Below, piece by piece: positions 1-8,211 of a DNA stretch of 64,000 nucleotides. The notes under the pieces are model-generated. The model ran no database searches. It saw nothing but the letters and a program-made list of their open reading frames with translations, and was not told the DNA's origin. A program made the position numbers and the translations under genes. The stretch comes from a virus: the IMG/VR virus record IMGVR_UViG_3300031951_000015, positions 64,001 to 128,000 of that record. The stretch is one strand, 5' to 3'. The first letter of the stretch is position 1. Every line of letters begins with the position of its first letter.

Positions 1-199
1 GTGCCGAATCTTTCTTTGCTTGTGCTTCCAGAACTGCTACCTGACGAGTATATTCTGCTTTCTGAAGTTCTGCTTTACCTTGCAGAGATTGTGCCCACAC
101 ATTGTAGAGAGGACCAACCACAGCATTGATAATAAACAGAGAGAGAATAAAGGAAGCACCAATAATTGTGGCGTTCCGCATAGTGTTATCTTCTTTCAT
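1..199 (-). CDS. Membrane-anchored coiled-coil protein (SPFH/membrane-protease-subunit-like), partial at window edge
   Basis: Manual translation MKEDNTMRNATIIGASFILSLFIINAVVGPLYNVWAQSLQGKAELQKAEYTRQVAVLEAQAKKDSA...; ATGA overlap with the 196..378 ORF. Confidence 0.65.
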   Translation of the reverse strand, partial: MKEDNTMRNATIIGASFILSLFIINAVVGPLYNVWAQSLQGKAELQKAEYTRQVAVLEAQAKKDSA

Positions 200-378
200 T
201 TTGAGGAAACTCCAGTAGATTTGAAAATAGCGTTAGCAAGGAAGATGATAGCAAAGTTCTGCCAGAAGGTCAAGGATACACTAAACCAAGACAGAATCAA
301 ACCAAGCAACCACGCCTCAAAGAGAAGTCCAGCAGTGGCAAGGACAAGAACAACAAAGGCAAGACCAAAGATTTTCAT
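196..378 (-). CDS. Small two-TM membrane protein
   Basis: Hydrophobic 60 aa ORF directly downstream of a TATAAT promoter. Confidence 0.7.
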   Translation of the reverse strand: MKIFGLAFVVLVLATAGLLFEAWLLGLILSWFSVSLTFWQNFAIIFLANAIFKSTGVSSK

Positions 379-400
379 TGTAATTTTTGATTACCCACAT

Positions 401-458
401 ATTATAAGGGGTCCCCAGTGCCCTGAGAACCCCCTGTGTGCCAGTTTTAGAACCGTCC
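401..458 (-). promoter_or_regulatory. Early-type promoter: TATAAT -10 plus upstream imperfect palindromic box
   Basis: attata at 401-406; gtgccagtt-N4-aaccgtcc starting at 438 (31 nt gap); the same arrangement recurs at 6117 and 10431. Confidence 0.65.
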
Positions 459-671
459 TCAATCGTCGTAAACTCTACACTCAAGTGCATTAGGGTTTGC
501 ATCACAATAAAGCTCAAGTGGTGTAGGATCGTGAGAATCTTCTGGATGATGATTCTTATATGCTTTTAGTGCTTCTAATTCTTCTTCAGTATGTCTCCTA
601 GACTGAGGAGAAATTGTAGGATCACTCAAAAGTTCTTCATCCTTCTGGATGTGTTGGTCGATGTTATTCAT
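459..671 (-). CDS. cp12: CP12 Calvin-cycle inhibitor (auxiliary metabolic gene)
   Basis: C-terminal PLELYCDANPNALECRVYDD is the canonical CP12 C-terminal Cys-pair motif. Confidence 0.92.
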   Translation of the reverse strand: MNNIDQHIQKDEELLSDPTISPQSRRHTEEELEALKAYKNHHPEDSHDPTPLELYCDANPNALECRVYDD

Positions 672-700
672 GGTTTTGTATCGGGTTGATAATATTTATT

Positions 701-877
701 TTATCGTGGTGTACAATCACCTTTACCTTCCAGTGATCGAACCATAAGTTCAGTGAATTTTTCCATCTTTTCAGCAGAAACTGACTGGGGACGATAAGTT
801 ATAGCATCTTTGAGTGCCACAAGTTCATCCCATTCCTCTTGAGTAAGATTTTTAGGACCAGTTTTTGCTAGAGTCAT
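701..877 (-). CDS. Hypothetical protein (58 aa)
   Basis: Manual translation MTLAKTGPKNLTQEEWDELVALKDAITY...; fills an intergenic gap. Confidence 0.6.
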   Translation of the reverse strand: MTLAKTGPKNLTQEEWDELVALKDAITYRPQSVSAEKMEKFTELMVRSLEGKGDCTPR

Positions 878-961
878 AGGTGTTTTGCGTTGTGTCCCAA
901 TATTAGCATTTCAATACATTAGTATCTAGTAACTTAATGTTTTCTTTGGGATCCTGTTACA

Positions 962-1411
962 CTACTTAATAAACTCATCAAGGGCATCAAGATCATCTTT
1001 AAGTTCTTGTTCCCTTTTCTTGTCGTGATAATAAGACCATAGAGCATTATGAACATCCATCAAATGATCTATCCAAAACCCAGAAGGATAAATTCCAAGA
1101 TCATCCATCAATCCTCTGTGACTGGTTCCCTCACTTTCTGCTTTACACATAATATAGCAGATTGCCTGAACCATATCAAGTTTATCTTCTTCAGAAAGCA
1201 TAAAATACTTTCCTACTGCACGTTGCTTTGCTTCTTCATTTGCCTTTTGCATTTGTTTACAGGCATCAGAGTCCCACCATTCTTTTAGTGCCTTGCCGAG
1301 TTCGTTAGGTTCAGTCATCTTTCCCAAAAATAGTTCCAAAGAAACCAGAGTCTCCTGGTTTACGGTTTTCAAGTTTATCAAGAAGAGAATCAGTCGTTTG
1401 TAGTGTTTCAA
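962..1411 (-). CDS. Hypothetical protein (true start probably the internal MTEPNE)
   Basis: ORF track; coupled to the upstream ORF. Confidence 0.65.
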   Translation of the reverse strand: MKHYKRLILFLINLKTVNQETLVSLELFLGKMTEPNELGKALKEWWDSDACKQMQKANEEAKQRAVGKYFMLSEEDKLDMVQAICYIMCKAESEGTSHRGLMDDLGIYPSGFWIDHLMDVHNALWSYYHDKKREQELKDDLDALDEFIK

Positions 1412-1538
1412 TACGACTAATCATATCAGCAATCACAGAACATACCATAGGACGTTCATTTTTTGCTGCCCAATGTAGAGCATTTCTTAGGCACCCCTCT
1501 GCTTCTTTTAAGTTTTCTTCAACTTGATTTGTCAGCAT
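1311..1538 (-). CDS. Hypothetical cyanophage protein
   Basis: ORF track, coding-strand orientation. Confidence 0.65.
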   Translation of the reverse strand: MLTNQVEENLKEAEGCLRNALHWAAKNERPMVCSVIADMISRIETLQTTDSLLDKLENRKPGDSGFFGTIFGKDD

Positions 1539-1562
1539 TTTAAATATTTCAACTTAATTTCA

Positions 1563-2357
1563 TCATACCATTTCTCTCATGCTTTTGTCAATCCCTCTAT
1601 TATTTTGAAATCTTGAGAGGGCATTATAAGTTGAAATATGCCCTGTAATGAGACATCTCCATTTGATTTTGTTTTGTTTTTTAGCATTTTCACTTCTTTG
1701 TTCTTTTGTCAATCCACATATACCTATCTTAAATTCTTTACAAGTATTTCCTTGTTTTTTACCTCCTGCTATTCTTGCTTTTTTCATATCTTCATCATTC
1801 ATTCCAAATAAACCTTTACCTTCTTCATACAATTTTTTACCTGCTATTTTTCCACCATTACTACATATTTCCATTTTTCTTTCTTCTGCCAATCCATATA
1901 TTCCCACTTTATTAATTTTGTTTATTTTTGATGCCTCTTTACCACCTTTTGAAAGAGATTCTTGTTTTAAATATTTTCTTGCATTTTTTGCATTTTCTAT
2001 TCTTTGGTATTCACTAAATGAATGAATACCCTTTTTACTATCTCTAACACTTATTCCATTCTGCCTTTTTATTGATATAGAATAAGAACCTCCACATCTT
2101 TCATTAAGGCAATAAGAATCATTAAGAACTGGTTTTATCAATCTATCTTCAAGTTTTCTACATTCTTCATAACCTTCATCAGTATAATCAAATACTTCTA
2201 ATATTTGTTTCTTTGGAGTATAAAGTTCCCAACACCACTTATTTGTTATTGGAGAACCCCAGTATTCCTCATCAAATACTTTTTCTTTCTTACTTCCATA
2301 ATAGTAGTAAGGAACTTCTTCAAAGGTAATTTTGTATGTGTAGATACGTGGTTGCAT
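1563..2357 (-). CDS. Free-standing GIY-YIG-like (Seg-type) homing endonuclease with repeated basic GGK modules
   Basis: N-terminal IYTY-x9-YYYG..., YWGS, conserved E and LNE; Lys/Gly-rich repeats; AT-rich; own late promoter. Confidence 0.7.
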   Translation of the reverse strand: MQPRIYTYKITFEEVPYYYYGSKKEKVFDEEYWGSPITNKWCWELYTPKKQILEVFDYTDEGYEECRKLEDRLIKPVLNDSYCLNERCGGSYSISIKRQNGISVRDSKKGIHSFSEYQRIENAKNARKYLKQESLSKGGKEASKINKINKVGIYGLAEERKMEICSNGGKIAGKKLYEEGKGLFGMNDEDMKKARIAGGKKQGNTCKEFKIGICGLTKEQRSENAKKQNKIKWRCLITGHISTYNALSRFQNNRGIDKSMREMV

Positions 2358-2384
2358 AGTTCTACTCTAATTTGCTCGCATATC

Positions 2385-2392
2385 TATTTATA
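2385..2392 (-). promoter_or_regulatory. T4-type late promoter TATAAATA for the endonuclease
   Basis: tatttata on the plus strand 27 nt before the ATG. Confidence 0.8.
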
Positions 2393-2394
2393 TT

Positions 2395-2447
2395 AAAAAG
2401 GAGGGACTTTCACCCCCCCCTCCCGATAAGTGCGAGCAAATCAGGTA
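2395..2447 (-). ncRNA. Putative ~53-nt two-hairpin sRNA (copy A)
   Basis: Preceded by CTAAATA (2452-2458); stem CCUGAU/AUCGGG with loop UUGCUCGCACUU; G-rich/UCCCUCC-UUUUU terminator; homologous to 59550-59601. Confidence 0.6.
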
Positions 2448-2620
2448 ATATTATTTAGTGCCATTTAATCGATCCTCACATTTAGTATAAAAAGTTCCAT
2501 TTACATAACAAGACTTACCTGCTTCATAGTATTTTACCACAGGTATTTGTGTTCTTGGATATTCTACCACATTTTTTACATGACAGAATAGATTATAACC
2601 ACAAATAAGAGTTTCAAGCA

Positions 2621-3214
2621 TCAACACTCATCCATTCCAAGTGGTTTAGACACTTTAGTAAGTGTATAAGATCCATCGCCATTATCAACCCATTCAACCT
2701 GATCACCCTCCTTTAGGTTTGCTGCTTCAAGAAGGTCATCTGGGAAAGTTACAAAACATTCACCACTTGGTTCTAATTCAACAGGAAGTTGCCACTTTAC
2801 AACCTTATCTGCTTTTTCTTGTTTTTCTGCAGCATCACACATTGCATTCAGTTCCTCATCAGTGTACCGAACACTACTTACGGTTGAACCAGTGCTTTCC
2901 CAGAAAGAGTTCCAAGCATCTTTGCATTCGGGTGATGGATCATCTTTATCACAAGTCAGAGGGTTTTTTACATCACCATCACGCAAGTCACCAACAGTTG
3001 CCTGCCAAGCAAGTTTAAACTTCTCATCAAACTCCTCAATGAAGTATCCAAGAAACTCATATGCTGCCATTGTCATGGCCTCTGCACGTTCTTGTTGATT
3101 GTTACTGCAACATTCGTTTGCAACATCAATCATTTCACGGGCAGAGACGACCTTTGCAATGATCATCTCAAGATCATTCATTGTATCCCAAACTTTCTGA
3201 TACTTAATTGCCAT
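2621..3214 (-). CDS. Protein with C-terminal AbrB/MazE (SpoVT)-like DNA-binding domain
   Basis: C-terminal FVTFPDDLLEAANLKEGDQVEWVDNGDGSYTLTK matches the AbrB pattern. Confidence 0.7.
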   Translation of the reverse strand: MAIKYQKVWDTMNDLEMIIAKVVSAREMIDVANECCSNNQQERAEAMTMAAYEFLGYFIEEFDEKFKLAWQATVGDLRDGDVKNPLTCDKDDPSPECKDAWNSFWESTGSTVSSVRYTDEELNAMCDAAEKQEKADKVVKWQLPVELEPSGECFVTFPDDLLEAANLKEGDQVEWVDNGDGSYTLTKVSKPLGMDEC

Positions 3215-3368
3215 GACGTTTGAGTTCTTCCTCAATTGCTTGCTGTACTATAATGGAAATCTCTTTGGATGTCAACCCATTTAACCATTTCCAATTTGGA
3301 TCTTCCTTGTCCCAATCCATTGTGAACGATCCATCCTCGTTCTCTGTTATTTTAAGTGAGTCTTCCAT
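3204..3368 (-). CDS. Hypothetical protein (54 aa)
   Basis: Manual translation MEDSLKITENEDGSFTMDWDKEDPNWKWLN... Confidence 0.6.
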   Translation of the reverse strand: MEDSLKITENEDGSFTMDWDKEDPNWKWLNGLTSKEISIIVQQAIEEELKRHGN

Positions 3369-3568
3369 CACATATCAATATGAATATCATTTATCCAAGT
3401 TTGTTTTTCTGCTTTACGAAGTTTTTTCAATTCTTTCAGCATTTCTTTAATTTCTTGGTATGCTACTTCGGGAGACATCTTATCAGAAATTTCAAGTCCT
3501 ACAATATATTGCACTTTGTCCCCGAATCGGGCAAGTGCTCTTTCAAATTCAGTTAGAGTTTCGTACAT
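3368..3568 (-). CDS. Hypothetical cyanophage protein
   Basis: ORF track; 1-nt overlaps on both sides. Confidence 0.7.
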   Translation of the reverse strand: MYETLTEFERALARFGDKVQYIVGLEISDKMSPEVAYQEIKEMLKELKKLRKAEKQTWINDIHIDM

Positions 3569-3795
3569 TATTTGTTAAGTGAAAATCTATCAAGATTATA
3601 AGGTTCGGATGCAAGGATGTCAATACGTGCTTCAAGACTGTTAAAAATTTCGTATATTGAGTTAGTCGTATTGATATTCTCTTCTTCAAGAACTTTAACA
3701 CGTTGCTCTAACTCAACAACTCTGGTATAGAGTTCATCAATCAAAACAGGATCTTCTAGTCCCCATTTCTTTTGAAACCAATTTGTTCCAATCAT
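3568..3795 (-). CDS. Hypothetical coiled-coil protein
   Basis: ORF track; translational coupling. Confidence 0.7.
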   Translation of the reverse strand: MIGTNWFQKKWGLEDPVLIDELYTRVVELEQRVKVLEEENINTTNSIYEIFNSLEARIDILASEPYNLDRFSLNK

Positions 3796-3956
3796 AATAC
3801 ACCTACAGATTTAAGATAGTTTCGATATCCCATATATCTTCTCATATTTGGTTGATCTTTAACATCTAGTTGATGACAGATCTCACAGTAACATAACCAC
3901 TCATACCATGGCGTAGTAGGATCTAAAACATGATATGGATGATCAGAGTTTTCCAC
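3792..3956 (-). CDS. Hypothetical protein with CxCxxC motif (GTG start)
   Basis: Manual translation ...DHPYHVLDPTTPWYEWLCYCEICHQLDV... Confidence 0.55.
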   Translation of the reverse strand: MENSDHPYHVLDPTTPWYEWLCYCEICHQLDVKDQPNMRRYMGYRNYLKSVGVL

Positions 3957-4149
3957 CTACAGTTCCTTCATGAGTTTTGGATTCAGGGAAACCTTCCTGC
4001 CGTCCTTTAAGAACATAACGGGTTGCTGATACACATTGCTCTTCAGTGAGAGACGTGACCAGTCCGTTACCATCTTTGTCGGTAGAATCCCAGAGTCCAT
4101 ACTTTTTTTGCTCAACATAGAAGCAATCATCAATCAGTTTTTTTTCCAT
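3943..4149 (-). CDS. Hypothetical cyanophage protein (C-terminal VGGKL)
   Basis: ORF track. Confidence 0.7.
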   Translation of the reverse strand: MEKKLIDDCFYVEQKKYGLWDSTDKDGNGLVTSLTEEQCVSATRYVLKGRQEGFPESKTHEGTVGGKL

Positions 4150-4294
4150 TTTTCAAATCAGGATGAGGTGCATAGAGTGGTCCTTCATAATTACCAGCAA
4201 ACAAAGATAGATTCTTGACTGCTTCTACAACAGCAGGAGTTTCTTCCCAGTTCCACTCATTACCATGCTTATCAACAAAAGTTCTAATTGTCAT
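4130..4294 (-). CDS. Hypothetical protein (54 aa)
   Basis: Manual translation MTIRTFVDKHGNEWNWEETPAVVEAVK... Confidence 0.6.
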   Translation of the reverse strand: MTIRTFVDKHGNEWNWEETPAVVEAVKNLSLFAGNYEGPLYAPHPDLKNGKKTD

Positions 4295-4457
4295 ATTTGT
4301 AACTTAATTGAATGTCTTTCTTTTTAAGGTTGTAGCGATCAATGTGCTTTTTACGATGTTCTTCTGTTTGAAAGTAACATTTACGTGTTTCTTTTCCATC
4401 CTTATGAATCAACTTCCATGGAAATTGATCAAACGGAAACTCTTCGCTGTAATCCAT
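4284..4457 (-). CDS. Hypothetical protein (57 aa)
   Basis: Manual translation MDYSEEFPFDQFPWKLIHKDGKETRKCYFQTEEH... Confidence 0.6.
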   Translation of the reverse strand: MDYSEEFPFDQFPWKLIHKDGKETRKCYFQTEEHRKKHIDRYNLKKKDIQLSYKYDN

Positions 4458-4618
4458 CAGGTAGGTTGCTCAACACGTTGAGTATACACGGCATCAAACA
4501 ATTCGTCAAGCACCTCACCACAGGTATGATACTCTTTACTGTTCAGCACGGTCTTATCATACTGATAACGACGCACAGCAGTGTAAATGAGTTTATATTG
4601 TTCAGGTGTAAAGTTCAT
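4457..4618 (-). CDS. Hypothetical protein (53 aa)
   Basis: Manual translation MNFTPEQYKLIYTAVRRYQYDK...; coupled at both ends. Confidence 0.6.
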   Translation of the reverse strand: MNFTPEQYKLIYTAVRRYQYDKTVLNSKEYHTCGEVLDELFDAVYTQRVEQPT

Positions 4619-4797
4619 TCAGTTCCTCCATAAAGTCGTTGTCCTTCTTCATATCCTAGTTGATATGCCGCTTGTAACCACTTGATGATTGCTCCGTAAT
4701 CATTTGTTTTAGCAGCATAATCAAAGTCATCATAGAACCGCTCAGAGCGGAATGAGAACCCTTCCATCTCTTCAAACCAATCATTAAAATTAGTCAT
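4615..4797 (-). CDS. Hypothetical protein
   Basis: ORF track. Confidence 0.65.
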   Translation of the reverse strand: MTNFNDWFEEMEGFSFRSERFYDDFDYAAKTNDYGAIIKWLQAAYQLGYEEGQRLYGGTE

Positions 4798-5134
4798 AAA
4801 GATGCTGTTCGTGTTGCAACTTATCTAGGTGATGATAAATTGTCTGTTGTGAATACTGAAACTCTTCAAATCGTTGTGGTTTCTTCTGCTCCATTCGAGT
4901 GAGCATATTGATCCAATCATAATGAGTATTGATTACCCAACCATAATGTGCATCATTCATTTTAGTTCAAGTGTTTGGGTTTTTCTGTATCAAATTGGTA
5001 GAACTTTACATCTTTCATATCAAGACACATACGGATAGTTTCGTGCTCTCGGTGCTCTCTAGCAGTGCCTTTATATAATGCTCTGCGTTGGTATGCACAG
5101 CACCAGATGTTATAGAATATTTTAGATTTCTCAT

Positions 5135-5347
5135 TCACTGCCCTAACCTCAACTTACGTTCAGGTGAAATAGTGCGATTGAATGGGTCATCATAAGGAAA
5201 AATATATTCTTGCATCCAACCATAAGAAAGTGCTTCCCAAAAATCATCTGGAAAGTGCTCAATAGTATCATAACTATCCAAAGCATACCAGAAGTTATGG
5301 AAACCATCAAGGAAGAGTTCCCATTTTGTTGGGTTTTCAAATCTCAT
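5135..5347 (-). CDS. Hypothetical protein
   Basis: ORF track. Confidence 0.65.
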   Translation of the reverse strand: MRFENPTKWELFLDGFHNFWYALDSYDTIEHFPDDFWEALSYGWMQEYIFPYDDPFNRTISPERKLRLGQ

Positions 5348-5561
5348 TTAGATTACCTGTATTAGGAGACCATAAGGTGCTTAACTTCTTACCTTTCACT
5401 ATAACATTAAAGTGATCAATCTGTCCATTTTTACGAGTAATCCCAATCCACACACTATCAGGACCCATCACTTCCATATGAAATGTATCAATATCCCGCA
5501 CGATAATCTCATCGGGATTCTTACATTCTTCCTTTGGAAAATCGTTGCGGTCTTCTGTCAT
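5337..5561 (-). CDS. Hypothetical protein
   Basis: ORF track, coupled. Confidence 0.65.
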   Translation of the reverse strand: MTEDRNDFPKEECKNPDEIIVRDIDTFHMEVMGPDSVWIGITRKNGQIDHFNVIVKGKKLSTLWSPNTGNLNEI

Positions 5562-5857
5562 TTCAAAACCTCATAAACATCAACGGCATCATAATCTCCA
5601 ATACCAAGTTTGAACCTTACAAAATCAGTGAGGTCAGTAGCATCACATTCATAGACACAATACCCACCATTATTATCACTTTGAACATAATTGGTGTAGT
5701 AATCATCAATCACCACCATAATTGCAAGAGCACGGGATTGGTCGTGCTCTGTGATGGTTTTATGAGGATGTGCTACGATATTCGTGATACACTTAAAGAG
5801 TTCTTCTCTTGTGTATGAGAATGCTTTTGCTTCTTGGTTGAGTGAATAAGTCATCAA
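5558..5857 (-). CDS. Hypothetical protein
   Basis: ORF track, coupled. Confidence 0.65.
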   Translation of the reverse strand: MMTYSLNQEAKAFSYTREELFKCITNIVAHPHKTITEHDQSRALAIMVVIDDYYTNYVQSDNNGGYCVYECDATDLTDFVRFKLGIGDYDAVDVYEVLK

Positions 5858-6090
5858 ACCTCTCCGTATGCTTCCAGAATAGCACGGGCAACTGCGATTG
5901 CCAAATCCTTCTGTGCGATACTCATATCCTCACGAGCACCCCCTTCACAGGAAGTAATGAAGACACCAGCATTATCTACTGTAAGTTCTACCCGATGAAA
6001 AATCTTTTCATCATCAGGGTCAGACATCGTGAAGACATCAATCTTACTGCGGAGCACATCAGTTCCAGGAAGTTTTGTGTAGAAAGGCAT
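5854..6090 (-). CDS. Hypothetical protein
   Basis: ORF track; downstream of the promoter at 6117. Confidence 0.65.
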   Translation of the reverse strand: MPFYTKLPGTDVLRSKIDVFTMSDPDDEKIFHRVELTVDNAGVFITSCEGGAREDMSIAQKDLAIAVARAILEAYGEV

Positions 6091-6116
6091 TAGGGAGTTC
6101 CTTTGTGTATGAGACT

Positions 6117-6174
6117 ATTATAGGGCATCAAGTGGCATCTGTGGAGTGCTCTTGTGCCACTTTCATAACTGTCT
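6117..6174 (-). promoter_or_regulatory. Early-type promoter with upstream palindromic box
   Basis: attata 6117-6122; gtgccactt-N4-aactgtct starting at 6154 (31 nt gap). Confidence 0.65.
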
Positions 6175-6397
6175 CATGCCTCTTGTTGCTTTCGTTTCCT
6201 TGTTCTTCAATCAGGTCAGCAAGGTTGTTCAAATCTTCTACAGAAATACTCTCCTTCATATTATACTTACGGGCAAAGGCATAAAGCACAGCACGAATTG
6301 TGGTTGCCTGCAAATGTTCCATGCTGGTAAGAGAACCCCAAGGAGCAGCAGCACATTCATCGTTGTAGTATTCGTTATATCGGTCTATGAGTCTCAT
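6128..6397 (-). CDS. Hypothetical protein
   Basis: ORF track. Confidence 0.6.
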   Translation of the reverse strand: MRLIDRYNEYYNDECAAAPWGSLTSMEHLQATTIRAVLYAFARKYNMKESISVEDLNNLADLIEEQGNESNKRHETVMKVAQEHSTDAT

Positions 6398-6699
6398 GAT
6401 AAAAATACCTTGAGTGTACGTCCTTCATCTTGTTCTGATATTTGAACATTAGAGCAGTCATATTGAACAAACTCTCGTCCATTCTTACCAATCACTTCTA
6501 CACGATTGATAAGTGGATAAGACTTGATGTAATCACCATTCGGTGCATAATAATCTACATCGTCTTCACCCTCAAAATCACCATAATCAATTCCAAGTGA
6601 TTCTAAGGCTTTGTTTTCTGCTTCTCGTTGTGCGGCAACTTCTAGCATTTCCTCATGGGTCATACACTCCACTCCCTTGCTTCCCAATCCATCAGGCAC
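6394..6699 (-). CDS. Hypothetical protein (start likely MTHEE)
   Basis: ORF track. Confidence 0.6.
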   Translation of the reverse strand: MPDGLGSKGVECMTHEEMLEVAAQREAENKALESLGIDYGDFEGEDDVDYYAPNGDYIKSYPLINRVEVIGKNGREFVQYDCSNVQISEQDEGRTLKVFLS

Positions 6700-6854
6700 A
6701 TGTTAGTTTGCTCCTTATCAGTATAGTTGTCGTAAGCATACTGACGACACTCTTCTTCTGTGCCCTCAAACAGCATTTCATACATCTTGTGGTCTCCATC
6801 GTAGGTAAACTTATAAAGCCCCCACTCATCATAGCAGTCGGGAAAGAATGGCAT
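6660..6854 (-). CDS. Hypothetical protein
   Basis: ORF track. Confidence 0.6.
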   Translation of the reverse strand: MPFFPDCYDEWGLYKFTYDGDHKMYEMLFEGTEEECRQYAYDNYTDKEQTNMCLMDWEAREWSV

Positions 6855-7441
6855 TATCGTAGTTTCCCCTTAATTTTCTTGAGACAATCGTTGAAACCAT
6901 CTACCGTGCATTCAACATACTCATTTTGAGAACCAGCAGAAGATTGTTCTTTCGGTAAGAACAACTCAATCCTATCTACCAAATCCTCAATAGAAGTTTC
7001 CATATCATCATTACTATTGGTTGTAAATACATCTTCCCACCAATCATAAATCAAATCAGTAAGATTTTGTGGTTTAGTAGAAGATGAAACTACACCTTGC
7101 TTGACTGCTTCCCTGAATGCTCCTTTCAATCCATCAGCAACTTGCTCTGGTGTTTGTGGAGTTGGTTCCCACTCACTCACATTTTGTTGATAAGCAAACT
7201 CATAACCTGCTTGGAAACTTTCACTCACTTTCTTTTCTTTTGAGGCATTATATCCCATTTGAAATGCTCTCCACCTAATATCAAAAATATTATCAACACT
7301 TGGATTAGTTGGAGGATACACACCCATCCAATCTTTATATGCTTCTTCTACTGGTGATTTTGTTTTTTCCAGTTCTTCAAGGAAAGAGAGTTTCTTTTCA
7401 AGCACTTTAATTTCTGCTTTTGTTTTTTCAATTTCAGTCAT
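6854..7441 (-). CDS. Hypothetical protein
   Basis: 195 aa ORF, coupled. Confidence 0.7.
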   Translation of the reverse strand: MTEIEKTKAEIKVLEKKLSFLEELEKTKSPVEEAYKDWMGVYPPTNPSVDNIFDIRWRAFQMGYNASKEKKVSESFQAGYEFAYQQNVSEWEPTPQTPEQVADGLKGAFREAVKQGVVSSSTKPQNLTDLIYDWWEDVFTTNSNDDMETSIEDLVDRIELFLPKEQSSAGSQNEYVECTVDGFNDCLKKIKGKLR

Positions 7442-7598
7442 TTCCGTGCCTCCATTTTTATGCGATACTCACACCATTCTTCGTGATTTTCCAAGTATCC
7501 GTTGATTTGTGGATCACTAATCTTACAATAAGAACAACGATAATAAGGATTATCACCACCAATAGGTTCTGTTGGGTAATCGCAGTAATACTTTTCAG

Positions 7599-7826
7599 TC
7601 ATTTTGCCTCCCAATACTTACCTTCCATTCCACATCCGTGATACTTTCTCATATTATCACAAAAACCACCATTAGATTTCCCAGTCACAACATTTCCAGA
7701 CAGATGAGGATTGAGGCATAAGTCAAATGTGTCTCCATATCCAGTAATACGAGCACACCAATCTTTCTTGTAGTGCTTACAATCCTTACATAGACGAATG
7801 GGTTCAGTCACAGAGGTTCTCCACAA
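7599..7826 (-). CDS. Small Cys-rich (CxxC) hypothetical protein
   Basis: LCKDCKHY...CG.EGKYWE pattern. Confidence 0.65.
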   Translation of the reverse strand: MWRTSVTEPIRLCKDCKHYKKDWCARITGYGDTFDLCLNPHLSGNVVTGKSNGGFCDNMRKYHGCGMEGKYWEAK

Positions 7827-8029
7827 TCACAATCAAAGTCAAGGTATTCTATCACAGGTTTCCTCAAGAAGTTACAAAGGTGCCACTGTGCTTCTTCAAA
7901 TGTAGAATAATCACCATCCCTATATTCATCTACAAATATATTATACCAGAACAATCCAAATCTTTTGTGTTGTGGGTAATATCTGGTTGAGTGTCCGTCT
8001 GTGACTTTTTTGATACGATAGTTTTTCAT
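7808..8029 (-). CDS. Hypothetical protein
   Basis: ORF track. Confidence 0.65.
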   Translation of the reverse strand: MKNYRIKKVTDGHSTRYYPQHKRFGLFWYNIFVDEYRDGDYSTFEEAQWHLCNFLRKPVIEYLDFDCDCGEPL

Positions 8030-8211
8030 ATATCATACGGCATTTGAGGGTCTTTAGTCCACACTTTTGTATACACTAACCACTTCTCTTGTCTGTTATC
8101 CATTTCTGCTGTCCAGTGATACCCATTCTCATCAATAGCATCAAGGTAATGAATACCTTTTGTGATGTCAATAGTTCGTGTAACAGTTACAAACTTTACT
8201 TTCTCAACCAT
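8026..8211 (-). CDS. Hypothetical protein
   Basis: ORF track. Confidence 0.65.
   Translation of the reverse strand: MVEKVKFVTVTRTIDITKGIHYLDAIDENGYHWTAEMDNRQEKWLVYTKVWTKDPQMPYDI

Noticed and set aside
2411-2420. C8 homopolymer as a phase-variation tract
   Set aside because: It forms the G-rich arm of a terminator hairpin in non-coding sequence; a length change would not shift a frame and could be a sequencing artefact
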